A stretch of DNA of 64,000 nucleotides, from the NCBI GenBank assembly GCA_038231275.1, contig JBBRLQ010000003.1, positions 44,340 to 108,339 on the forward strand, written 5' to 3'. How positions within the stretch are numbered: position 1 is the stretch's first letter; each line of letters starts with the position of its first letter. The position numbers were made by a program, and so were the translations under genes. Below, piece after piece: positions 17,505 to 25,295 of this stretch. The notes under the pieces were generated by a model. That model was not told where the DNA came from. It did no database searches and saw only the letters and a program-made list of their open reading frames with translations. The stretch is from Polyangiales bacterium. Its GTDB lineage: Bacteria; Myxococcota_A; Polyangia; Polyangiales; Polyangiaceae.

Positions 17505-18344
17505 ATGGCCACGACAATATTCTCCCACGCTCTTCTTCCTCTTCTTCCTCTTCTTCCTCTTCTTCCTCTTCTTCTCGCGCCCGCCGCGCTCGGCGTTGCC
17601 CTGCCCGCATGCAGCAGCACCAGCAGCAGCGACTCGGGAGGCGGCGCCGATGTTCCGCTGCACGGTGAAGCTCCGGTTCTCCCGGGTTTCGCGCACGACA
17701 CCGGCCTTCAGCCGCCGAGTGGACCCGCGCAGGTTTCGTTCAAGCTCTTGGCCGGCGGCGCGGTCGCCGTCGACACCGCGGCAAGCCCGGGAGGCGGCAA
17801 GCTCCAGGGCAAGCCGGGCACCGGCACGTACAAGCTCGACATGCACATCAAGATGGAGGGCCACCTCAAAGTGGACGCGGGCACGGTGAAGTACGACGGC
17901 GCTCTCGCTGGACTCCAGAATGTCGACATCCCGATTTCGGGACATGCGCCGTTCGACGCGTTCCTCTTGTCGGGCAAGCCCGCGCACGTCGAGGCAGACG
18001 TCCCGGAGACGAAGCTCCCCGACGTCCCCCTCGGCAGCGTCCCCGGTCACCTCGCGCTCACGCTGGTCGCCGGGTCGAAGGTCATCACCGAGTACCATGC
18101 CACCTGCCTCGACGTGAAGGGCGGCAAGGCGACGCTCAAGGGCCAGACCGTCACGAGCGGCACGCTGGTGTTGAAGGCATCGATCGTCCTCGACGTCCCT
18201 CTCTTCAAGAAGACGATCGATCTTCCGGACACGACCGTCGACATCCCGTCGTCGACCGCCGAGCTCGACACGACGCCGGCCGCAGCTTCGGGCACGGCCG
18301 ACGGCACCGACGGCACGTGCGTGGCCGCCGCCGCCGGGCCCTGA
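17505..18344 (+). CDS. secreted lipoprotein (hypothetical) with (LLP)n repeat signal peptide
   Basis: Signal peptide MATTIFSHALLPLLPLLPLLPLLLAPAALGVALPAC|SS with a lipobox; Ser/Gly linker; Cys near the C-terminus. A GGAGG sits 8 nt upstream of the ATG and a -24/-12 element ~35 nt further upstream. Confidence 0.6.
   Translation: MATTIFSHALLPLLPLLPLLPLLLAPAALGVALPACSSTSSSDSGGGADVPLHGEAPVLPGFAHDTGLQPPSGPAQVSFKLLAGGAVAVDTAASPGGGKLQGKPGTGTYKLDMHIKMEGHLKVDAGTVKYDGALAGLQNVDIPISGHAPFDAFLLSGKPAHVEADVPETKLPDVPLGSVPGHLALTLVAGSKVITEYHATCLDVKGGKATLKGQTVTSGTLVLKASIVLDVPLFKKTIDLPDTTVDIPSSTAELDTTPAAASGTADGTDGTCVAAAAGP
17531..17576. repeat. 9-nt tandem repeat (CTCTTCTTC)x5 encoding (LLP)n within a lipoprotein signal peptide
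   Basis: ctcttcttcctcttcttcctcttcttcctcttcttcctcttcttc. Confidence 0.65.
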
Positions 18345-18345
18345 G

Positions 18346-19824
18346 CTAGTCGATCGCTTTTTCGATCGCGTCGGTGAGGACCTTCAGGGTCTTGATGCGC
18401 GCGTGGTGTTTGTCGTTCGCTTCGACCAAGGTCCACTTCGCGATCTCGGTGCTCGTGCGGTCGACCATGTCGCAGGCGGCGAGCTCGTAGGCCTCCCACT
18501 TGTCGCGGTTGCGCCAGTCCTCGTCGGTGATCTTGAAACGCTTGAAGCCGGTCTTCTCCCGCTCCTTGAAGCGTTTGAGCTGCTCTTCCTTCGTGATGTG
18601 CAGCCAGAACTTGAGGAGGATGACGCCGTTCTGGACGAGCTGCTCCTCGAAGTCGTTGATCTCGCCGTACGCGCGCATCCAGTCCTCGGGCGGCGCGAGG
18701 CCCTCGACGCGCTCGACGAGGACGCGGCCGTACCAGGAGCGATCGTAGATCGTGAAGCGCCCCTTCTGCGGCAGGTAGCGCCAGAAGCGCCATAGGTACG
18801 GCTGCGCGCGCTCGTCCTCGGTCGGCGCAGCGATCGGGGTCACGTGGTATTGGCGCGCGTCGAGGGCGCCGGTGATGCGGCGGATGGCGCCGCCCTTGCC
18901 GGCCGCGTCCCACCCTTCGAACATGCACACCACGCTCACCTTGTGGAAGCGCGAGTTGCGGCTCAGCTTGTTGAGCTTGCCTTGGAGGCGTTCGAGCTCG
19001 TCGTCGTAATGCTTTTCGTCCACGCGCTGCGACATGTCGAGCGTGCGCAGCAGGTACAGCTTGTCGAGCGCCGGGACGCTCGGAGGAACGCGGCCGGTTC
19101 GCTTGGGCAGCGGAGAGTCGAGGCGCGCGCGCATCGTCTCCAGGAGCACCTTGCCGACGGTCAGGTTCCGGTAGCGCGCGTCGGTCCCCTCGACGACGGT
19201 CCACTGCGCCTCGGGCGTGCTCGTCTGACGGAGGACGCGCGCGCTGACTTTTCGGAACTCGTCGTACTGATCGACGCGACGCCAATCCTCGGGCGTGACG
19301 CGCCAGCTCGTCTTGGGATCGCTCTCGAGCTCGTGAAAGCGGGCTTTTTGTGCCTTTTTCGAGACGTGGAACCAGAATTTGACGAATAGGACGCCGTCGT
19401 TCGCCAGCATGCGCTCGAGGCGGACGATCGACTCGATGCGAACCTCCAGATCGCTCTTTCGCAGCGTGCCCTCGACGCGCTGGAGGATGGGGTCGGTGTA
19501 CCAGGACCCGAAGAAGATTCCGACGTTGCCCTTCTTGGGGAGGCGGCGCCAGAAGCGCCACATCGGCGGGTGCATCCGCTCGTCCTCGTCCATCGCGCCG
19601 AACGCGAAGGTCGAGACGTGACGTGGATCCATCCACTCGTTGAGGAGGTTCACCGTCTCGCCCTTGCCGGCGCCTTCTACGCCGTTCACGAGGATGACGA
19701 CGGGGAACTGCGCGCGCTCCACGACCTCCAGCTGGGCCTCGAGGAGCGCCTCGCGAAGCGGCGGGACCTCCTTCTTGTAGACGACCTTGGGGATGGCGTG
19801 GCCGAGCTCGGCGGACTCGAACAT
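18346..19824 (-). CDS. two-domain polyphosphate kinase 2 (polyphosphate:AMP phosphotransferase-like)
   Basis: Two tandem PPK2 domains, each with Walker A-like (GVEGAGKG / GWDAAGKGG) and PPK2 lid motifs (PPMWRFWRRLPKKG / PYLWRFWRYLPQKG). ATG verified at 19822-19824. Confidence 0.9.
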   Translation of the reverse strand: MFESAELGHAIPKVVYKKEVPPLREALLEAQLEVVERAQFPVVILVNGVEGAGKGETVNLLNEWMDPRHVSTFAFGAMDEDERMHPPMWRFWRRLPKKGNVGIFFGSWYTDPILQRVEGTLRKSDLEVRIESIVRLERMLANDGVLFVKFWFHVSKKAQKARFHELESDPKTSWRVTPEDWRRVDQYDEFRKVSARVLRQTSTPEAQWTVVEGTDARYRNLTVGKVLLETMRARLDSPLPKRTGRVPPSVPALDKLYLLRTLDMSQRVDEKHYDDELERLQGKLNKLSRNSRFHKVSVVCMFEGWDAAGKGGAIRRITGALDARQYHVTPIAAPTEDERAQPYLWRFWRYLPQKGRFTIYDRSWYGRVLVERVEGLAPPEDWMRAYGEINDFEEQLVQNGVILLKFWLHITKEEQLKRFKEREKTGFKRFKITDEDWRNRDKWEAYELAACDMVDRTSTEIAKWTLVEANDKHHARIKTLKVLTDAIEKAID

Positions 19825-19852
19825 CGCTCCAATCTACATCAGCAGCATCCCC

Positions 19853-21247
19853 TCAGGCGGCCGTACGGTACGGTCCGGCTGGGACCTTCTTTCGCTCGGG
19901 GACGAAGCCCGCGGCGCGCGTCGCCACGACCACGCCGATGCCGGCGAAGATGACCACGAGCGTCACGATGTGGCCGAGGCCCGGCAGCGAGCTGAGGACG
20001 AGGAAGAGGAGGCAGCCGACGCCGAGGTGGACGTAGGCGTTCTGCGTCTTGTGCCGGAGGAGCGCCTCGCCCACGGTCGTCAGGACCGCGATGATGCCGG
20101 CGTAGGCGCCGAAGATGGCGAGGATGATGCCGACGAACGCGACCGGGATTCCGATGACCGTGATGCAGAGCGCGGCGACGGCGAGGATCGCGGCGGGGAT
20201 GCCGACGATGCCGAGCGCGAAGGAGCGGACCGGGCGGGTGGCGACCTCGCCGCGAAGCGTCTCCATCCGCTTGCCAGCAAGCGCGAGGAGGAGCACGCCG
20301 AAGATGAAGAGGAACGCGGAGCGGGTGAGCGCGTCGCCGACGTCCTTCAGGATGTGGGATTTCGTTCCACCCTTCGCGGCTTCGACCTCGTCTTCTCCGT
20401 CGGTGCGGGTGATGTCGCCGCCGATCTGCGCGTCCTTGCCGCGGTGGAGCACGCCGCCGACGACGCCGACGTCGCCTTCGACCTCCGCGCCGTCCTCGAC
20501 GGTGAGGTTGCCGCCGACGGTGGACACGTCGCCGTGCACGCTGGCGCCCTGGCGGACGATGACATTGCCGCCGGTGACCGAGATGTCGCCCGTGACCTTG
20601 CCGAGCACGTCGAGGTTGCCGCCGAACACGGTGATGTCGTGCGCAAGCTCGTTTTTCTCGATGACGAGGTTGCCGCCGGTGATCACGCGGTCCTCGCCGC
20701 GGTCGCCGTGCCGGCCGCGCTTGCCTGGGTGCGCAGAGGGGTGCGGCGGCGTCGAGTCGTCGTGCGCGCTCGGCGGCTCCGGCGGATCCGGCGGATCCGG
20801 GGGCTCGGGCGGCTCGGGGGCATGCGGCGCGGCGATCGGCGGGATCGGCGGGATCGCCGGGATCGGCGGGACCGTGTGGGCGTCGTGTCCGGGGATGGCG
20901 GCTGCGGCGGCGGCGTCACGTCGCAACGAGACGAGCGTTCCGTCGCGCTTGGCGATCCAGCCGTCCTCGGGCAGGACGAGATCGAGCACCTTCGTGGCGG
21001 GCTGATCCTTCACGTGAACGTCGATGTGGTCGCCCGCGTCGGCGCCGAACGGCGTCTGCACGACCAAGCTCCACCCGGCGGCCTCGGCCAGCTTGCGAAT
21101 CGCGAGGCCGCGCGGCGCGCCGTCGAGATCGAGCGTCACCTTCTTGTCTCCCTCCGGCCAGGCGCCCTCGCGTTTGACCTCCGCGCTCGCGGTGACCGCG
21201 ATCAGGAGGAGTGCGTGGGTAAGGAGCCAAACCATTAGGGACTTCAT
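19853..21247 (-). CDS. exported beta-helical-repeat protein with Pro-rich linker and C-terminal polytopic membrane domain (toastrack/bactofilin-like repeats); putative envelope stress-module partner of the upstream ECF sigma/anti-sigma pair
   Basis: Start set to the ATG at 21247 (codon 128 of the track ORF), which overlaps the anti-sigma stop (ATGA). Signal peptide MKSLMVWLLTHALLLIAVTASA; Pro-rich PIPAIPPIPPIAAPHAPEPPEPPDPPDPPEPP; repeats ITVFGGNLDVLGKVTGDISVTGGNVIVRQGASVHGDVSTVGGNLTVEDGAEVEGDVGVVGG; 4-5 C-terminal TM helices. Confidence 0.65.
   Translation of the reverse strand: MKSLMVWLLTHALLLIAVTASAEVKREGAWPEGDKKVTLDLDGAPRGLAIRKLAEAAGWSLVVQTPFGADAGDHIDVHVKDQPATKVLDLVLPEDGWIAKRDGTLVSLRRDAAAAAAIPGHDAHTVPPIPAIPPIPPIAAPHAPEPPEPPDPPDPPEPPSAHDDSTPPHPSAHPGKRGRHGDRGEDRVITGGNLVIEKNELAHDITVFGGNLDVLGKVTGDISVTGGNVIVRQGASVHGDVSTVGGNLTVEDGAEVEGDVGVVGGVLHRGKDAQIGGDITRTDGEDEVEAAKGGTKSHILKDVGDALTRSAFLFIFGVLLLALAGKRMETLRGEVATRPVRSFALGIVGIPAAILAVAALCITVIGIPVAFVGIILAIFGAYAGIIAVLTTVGEALLRHKTQNAYVHLGVGCLLFLVLSSLPGLGHIVTLVVIFAGIGVVVATRAAGFVPERKKVPAGPYRTAA
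20771..20870. repeat. short tandem repeats (GGCGGATCC / GGGATCGGC units) encoding the Pro-rich linker of the beta-helical membrane protein (minus strand)
   Basis: ggcggatccggcggatccggg ... ggcgggatcggcgggatcgccgggatcggcggg. Confidence 0.5.
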
Positions 21248-21753
21248 GACTCGATCCTCCGAGAAGCAGGAGACGGGAGCGCCCGGGTGAGGGCGAAGGA
21301 GACGACGATGAGCAGCAAGGCGGAGCCGAGCGTCATCCAGATAGGGAGACCAGACGACTGCGCGGCCTGGCGCAGGCCCTTCATCACGATGGGCGCGCTC
21401 TTCACGAGCGACACCGCGCTGCCCGAGAGGCCGTGCGTATCGAGGAGCGTGGGCACCGCGCCGACGGTGGCGAGGCCGAGCGCGGCGAGGATCATTCGCC
21501 AGGGGATGGGCGCGCGCGCGATGCCGCCGTCGGAAACACGCTGCGGCGCGGGCATCTCGTGCATCGCCTCGGCGGTCGCCATCGAGAGCATCGTCGCGTC
21601 GGCGAGCGCCAGCGCGCACTCTTCGCACGCCTCGACGTGCTGGGACACCGCCTCGGGCACGATGTCCTGCGCGTCGGCGAGCGCGACGATCGCGATCTCG
21701 CTCGCGTGCTCGCCCGACCAGGCGAGCTCTTCCGAGAGCTTCTTCGGTTTCAT
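21244..21753 (-). CDS. membrane-spanning anti-sigma factor (zinc-binding HxxxCxxC type)
   Basis: N-terminal motif HVEACEECALAL, a single TM helix (ILAALGLATVGAV) and a second hydrophobic stretch. The ATG at 21753 (codon 20 of the track ORF) overlaps the ECF sigma stop (ATGA). Confidence 0.7.
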   Translation of the reverse strand: MKPKKLSEELAWSGEHASEIAIVALADAQDIVPEAVSQHVEACEECALALADATMLSMATAEAMHEMPAPQRVSDGGIARAPIPWRMILAALGLATVGAVPTLLDTHGLSGSAVSLVKSAPIVMKGLRQAAQSSGLPIWMTLGSALLLIVVSFALTRALPSPASRRIES

Positions 21754-22331
21754 GCGTGCCTCACATCCGCCAGCGTCGTGGCCATTGCTTTGCGACCTCG
21801 GCTCACCCACGTCGCGATGGTGCCGAGCGGCACCTCGAGGCGGGTGGCGATCTCTTGGTATTCGAGCCCTTCGAGGTGAAACAGCATCAGCGCCTTCCTT
21901 TGACCCTCGGGCAAGGTGTCGAACGCCTTGCGAATGAGCTCCGAGCGGCGTGCGCCTTCGACTTGTTGGTACGGATCGGGCGCGCCGTCGACGAGCTCCA
22001 CGCCCGTGCGCTCGCTGCCCGGCTCGTCCGTCACGCTGTCGTGGGTGCGCGCCTTCTTACGTGAACGAATGACGTCGAGCGCCACGTGGCGCGCGATGCC
22101 GAGGACGTAGGCGCGCGCGTTCTGCGCGTCTTGCGTCCGCTCGGGATGCTCGAGCGCCCGACGCAGCGTCTCGTTGGTGGCGTCGTCGACGTCGGGCGTG
22201 GTCGGCCGTTCGCGAAGCATGCTCGAGATCACCGCGCGCACGGCGGGGCGAAGCGCGGCGGTCAGTGCCTGCTGGGCGAGACCGAGCGGCGGGGCCTCTC
22301 GCACGGACGGGGACATGAGCGCCAAGAACAT
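21750..22331 (-). CDS. ECF (group IV) sigma-70 family RNA polymerase sigma factor
   Basis: Region 2 (ARAYVLGIARHVALDVIRSRKK) and region 4 (ALMLFHLEGLEYQEIATRLEVPLGTIATWVSRGRKAM). Start is the ATG at 22331 (codon 18; the track's codon 1 is non-ATG). Confidence 0.85.
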   Translation of the reverse strand: MFLALMSPSVREAPPLGLAQQALTAALRPAVRAVISSMLRERPTTPDVDDATNETLRRALEHPERTQDAQNARAYVLGIARHVALDVIRSRKKARTHDSVTDEPGSERTGVELVDGAPDPYQQVEGARRSELIRKAFDTLPEGQRKALMLFHLEGLEYQEIATRLEVPLGTIATWVSRGRKAMATTLADVRHA

Positions 22332-22499
22332 CTTCGTACGTCGTGTCGGGCGGGAAGGGGGCCAAATTTCGCGCCGCTGCAAGAGATTGAAATTACGACT
22401 GAAATTTTAGGGCCTGAGGGGGCGTCAGGGCGTTTTTCGAGCAACCTCGCTACGAGTTTCGGCGGTCGGCTATCCTCTAGTAACGGGGGGCGGCAAAGA

Positions 22500-22859
22500 A
22501 TGACTCGCTGGAATCGCCATGCGTTTCTTGCGTGCCTCAGCACCGGCATCGGCACAGCCGCCGCGGGGTGCGGCGTAACGACGTCAGGCCATGGCAAGAC
22601 GCAGACCGAGCTCGTCCAGGATGGCGCGCTGGCCGATGCCGGCGCTGATGCGCCCGGCGCCGAGTCTTCCATCACCGATGTCACGACGCCTAACGTCTAC
22701 CCCGGTTGCACCGTGGAAGCAGAAGCTGGGAACTCGGTGTGTCATGAGTACGAGTTACTTGTCTGCACGGTGACGGGGTCCGAGTTCGGTTCATGCCGTC
22801 CAAGCGGCGCCGGATATTCGGCCGACGCGGGGCTCTATCTTATCTGTTGCCCGCCGTGA
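22500..22859 (+). CDS. small Cys-rich secreted lipoprotein (hypothetical)
   Basis: The ATG at 22500 is codon 139 of track ORF 22086..22859. Signal peptide plus lipobox (MTRWNRHAFLACLSTGIGTAAAGC|G), 8 Cys, ends in CCPP. Confidence 0.45.
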   Translation: MTRWNRHAFLACLSTGIGTAAAGCGVTTSGHGKTQTELVQDGALADAGADAPGAESSITDVTTPNVYPGCTVEAEAGNSVCHEYELLVCTVTGSEFGSCRPSGAGYSADAGLYLICCPP

Positions 22860-22908
22860 CGGGAGCAAGCCACCTCCCGTCCCTCGAGGTCGTGGCCGGT
22901 TTTGAAAT

Positions 22909-23226
22909 CTATTCGCGGACCTGGGGGAGAGCGCGCGCGTCCGCAACGATGGACGCTTGCACCGCCGCCCCGGGGGAGTCGATGGGCGCCACGTGCAGCA
23001 CGGCGAAAAAGCGCCGCTTCGCGCCCTCAGTCGCTTCGCTCCACGCGTAGGCGCGCGATGCCTGCGCATGCCCCGTCAGATCGAACACTTCAACGTTGCC
23101 GCTCCACACGGTCTCCCCGCCGGGAGTCCTCTCGTACACGTGCGCGGTCTCGACGTGGCGCGCCTCGCAGCCGTGCATGCGGCGAATCGCGTCGAGCAGG
23201 GGGGGAATACCCGTGGGGTCAGACAT
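22909..23226 (-). CDS. hypothetical small protein
   Basis: 105-aa ORF with a true ATG, protein-like composition and no recognisable motif. Confidence 0.35.
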   Translation of the reverse strand: MSDPTGIPPLLDAIRRMHGCEARHVETAHVYERTPGGETVWSGNVEVFDLTGHAQASRAYAWSEATEGAKRRFFAVLHVAPIDSPGAAVQASIVADARALPQVRE

Positions 23227-23366
23227 ACACGGAGCCTAGCGAGCGGCCGTGCCAGCGTCGACCTTGCGCTGCGCGTCACGGATTTCAAAACCCGGCCACT
23301 ACCTCCGGAGCTCGCCGTGCCTGAGCTCGCCCGTTCCAAACGGCCGCATTTGGTTAGCCAACGATT

Positions 23367-23759
23367 TCACGGTGCCCCCTCGATGTGGAGCTCCAGCTTG
23401 CCGGTCAGGGTCTTGTGAACCGGGCATTTTCCCGCAATTTCGAGCAATCGGGCGCGCTTTTCGTCGTCCAGATCCCCGCGGAACTCGATCTTCCGCCGGA
23501 TCGACGTCCCGCCGCCCTCGATCTTCTCCATTGTCAGGTGGACGTGCACGTGATCGACCTTCCAGCCCTTCTTCTCGGCGTAGACCCGAATGGTCATCGA
23601 GGTGCACGTCCCCAACGCCGTCAGCAGGAAATCGTGCGGCGCGGGGCCCGCGTCGTCCCCGCCGAGCTCGGTCGGCTCGTCGCCCACGAGCGTGTGAGGC
23701 CCGATCTTCACGGTTTGCTGGAACTTGCCCTGCTTCGTGGTCACGTCGACGTCGCGCAT
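23367..23759 (-). CDS. OsmC/Ohr family peroxiredoxin-like protein
   Basis: OsmC fold with two conserved Cys (LGTCTSMT ... GKCPVHKTL), ~130 aa. Confidence 0.85.
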   Translation of the reverse strand: MRDVDVTTKQGKFQQTVKIGPHTLVGDEPTELGGDDAGPAPHDFLLTALGTCTSMTIRVYAEKKGWKVDHVHVHLTMEKIEGGGTSIRRKIEFRGDLDDEKRARLLEIAGKCPVHKTLTGKLELHIEGAP

Positions 23760-23810
23760 CTCTTCTTCTCCTTTAGTTGTCGTGTCGTCGCCTTCTCGTC
23801 GTCGCTCTCG

Positions 23811-25172
23811 TCAACGCCGCTCCTCGCGCGAGAGCACCTCGCGTGCGGCGCGTTCGCCTGACGCGAGGGCGCCTTCGATGTAGCCGTTCCATTCCGCCGC
23901 CGTCTCGGTGCCTGCCCAATGGATGCGCCCGACCGACGCCCTGAGCGCGTGGCCGTAGCTCGTCCACACGCCGGGCGGCATGTACCCGGCGTAGCATCCA
24001 CGCGACCACTCGTCCTCGGCCCACGACTTGTCGACGTACTCGCGCGGCGACAACGCGCGTTCGCCGAAGTAGCGCGCGAAGCACTCGAGCACTTTGGCGC
24101 GGCGCTCGGTTTCGGTCACGCGCGAGAGCGCGCGCGCCGCGTTGGCTTCGATGAAGCCGAGGAGGACGCCGGGTTTGCCTTCGGGTGGCGAGTTGTCGAA
24201 GGTCGTCTGCACCGGCCCGGTGTCGCTGACGGCCTGCCCCGAGAGTCCCTCCTCACGCCAGAACGGCGTGTCGTAGACGGCCATGCACTTGATGACCGAG
24301 CCCATCGGCATGCGCTGCGTGAGCTGATCGCGCGCGGCGGGGAGCGCGGGCGCGTAGCGAAGGCGGCCCGCCAACGTCGGCGGAAGGGCGACGATGATCC
24401 TGCGGCCTCGGGCGACGAAGCCATCGCCGCGCGCTTCGACGCCGTCGTCGGTCGTCACGATCTCGCGCACGGGGGACGACAGGTGAAGCGCATCGCCCAG
24501 CGTGCCGGCGAGGCGGTCGGCGATCGGCTGCGCGCCGCCCACGAAGCGATCCTGCTGCGCGCCGTTGGCGACGCCGACGAGGCTGTCGAGGCCCTTGCCG
24601 CTCTTCACGTAAAACGCGGCGTGGAGCAGCGAGATGTCCGCAGCGTCGGCCGCGAAGATGGTCTCGAGCCCGATCTTCAAGAGCTCGCGCGCGGTGTCGA
24701 AGTGGATGACGCGATCGAGCATCGACGCGAGGGTCTGCCCGTCGAGGGCTGCGGCGTTCTTGGTCTCCCACGGCGCCTCCAGGTTCACGGTGTTCGCGAG
24801 CGCGTCGAGCCGCTTCATGGCCCACGCGAGGTCGAGCAGCGGCAGCGGTGAGACGCTCGGGATCGTCCCTTTGTACTTCTTCCGCTTGCCGCCCCAGTGA
24901 AGGACGTTGTGCCCGTCGCCGTACGTCGCGAACGTGGCGACGCCGAGCTCCTTCGCGAGCGCGTAGAGGCGCTCTTGGGTGGGGCCGACCCACTGTCCGC
25001 CGAGATCGAGCGGCGTGCCGTCGTCGAGCGTGCGGGTGTACACGCGGCCGCCGACGCGATCGCGCGCCTCCAAGACCGCGACGGTGCGGCCACCTCGCAC
25101 GATCGCGCGCGCCGCGGCGAGGCCCGCGAACCCTGCACCGACGACGAGGTGCTCCGCTTCGATCATGCGCAC
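23811..25172 (-). CDS. flavin-containing amine oxidase family protein
   Basis: Dinucleotide-binding motif HLVVGAGFAGLAAARAI...VAVLEARDRVGGRVYT and the amine oxidase C-terminal region. The track's codon 1 appears to be GTG; an ATG lies at 25166. Confidence 0.85.
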   Translation of the reverse strand: MRMIEAEHLVVGAGFAGLAAARAIVRGGRTVAVLEARDRVGGRVYTRTLDDGTPLDLGGQWVGPTQERLYALAKELGVATFATYGDGHNVLHWGGKRKKYKGTIPSVSPLPLLDLAWAMKRLDALANTVNLEAPWETKNAAALDGQTLASMLDRVIHFDTARELLKIGLETIFAADAADISLLHAAFYVKSGKGLDSLVGVANGAQQDRFVGGAQPIADRLAGTLGDALHLSSPVREIVTTDDGVEARGDGFVARGRRIIVALPPTLAGRLRYAPALPAARDQLTQRMPMGSVIKCMAVYDTPFWREEGLSGQAVSDTGPVQTTFDNSPPEGKPGVLLGFIEANAARALSRVTETERRAKVLECFARYFGERALSPREYVDKSWAEDEWSRGCYAGYMPPGVWTSYGHALRASVGRIHWAGTETAAEWNGYIEGALASGERAAREVLSREERR

Positions 25173-25295
25173 GAACGATACAAGAAACGGCGGGCGGACC
25201 CCAGGTAGGTCAGGGCCGTGTGAGCCGTTGTGCGCGCTCTTTTCGGCGAGGGCTCACGCCTTTCGGCCACGGACCGTTAACCCATTCGAGGTCGC

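Noticed and set aside
19787-21238. 483-aa plus-strand ORF
   Set aside because: Antisense to the signal-peptide, repeat and TM protein at 19853-21247; the translation is D/E/R-rich without structure.
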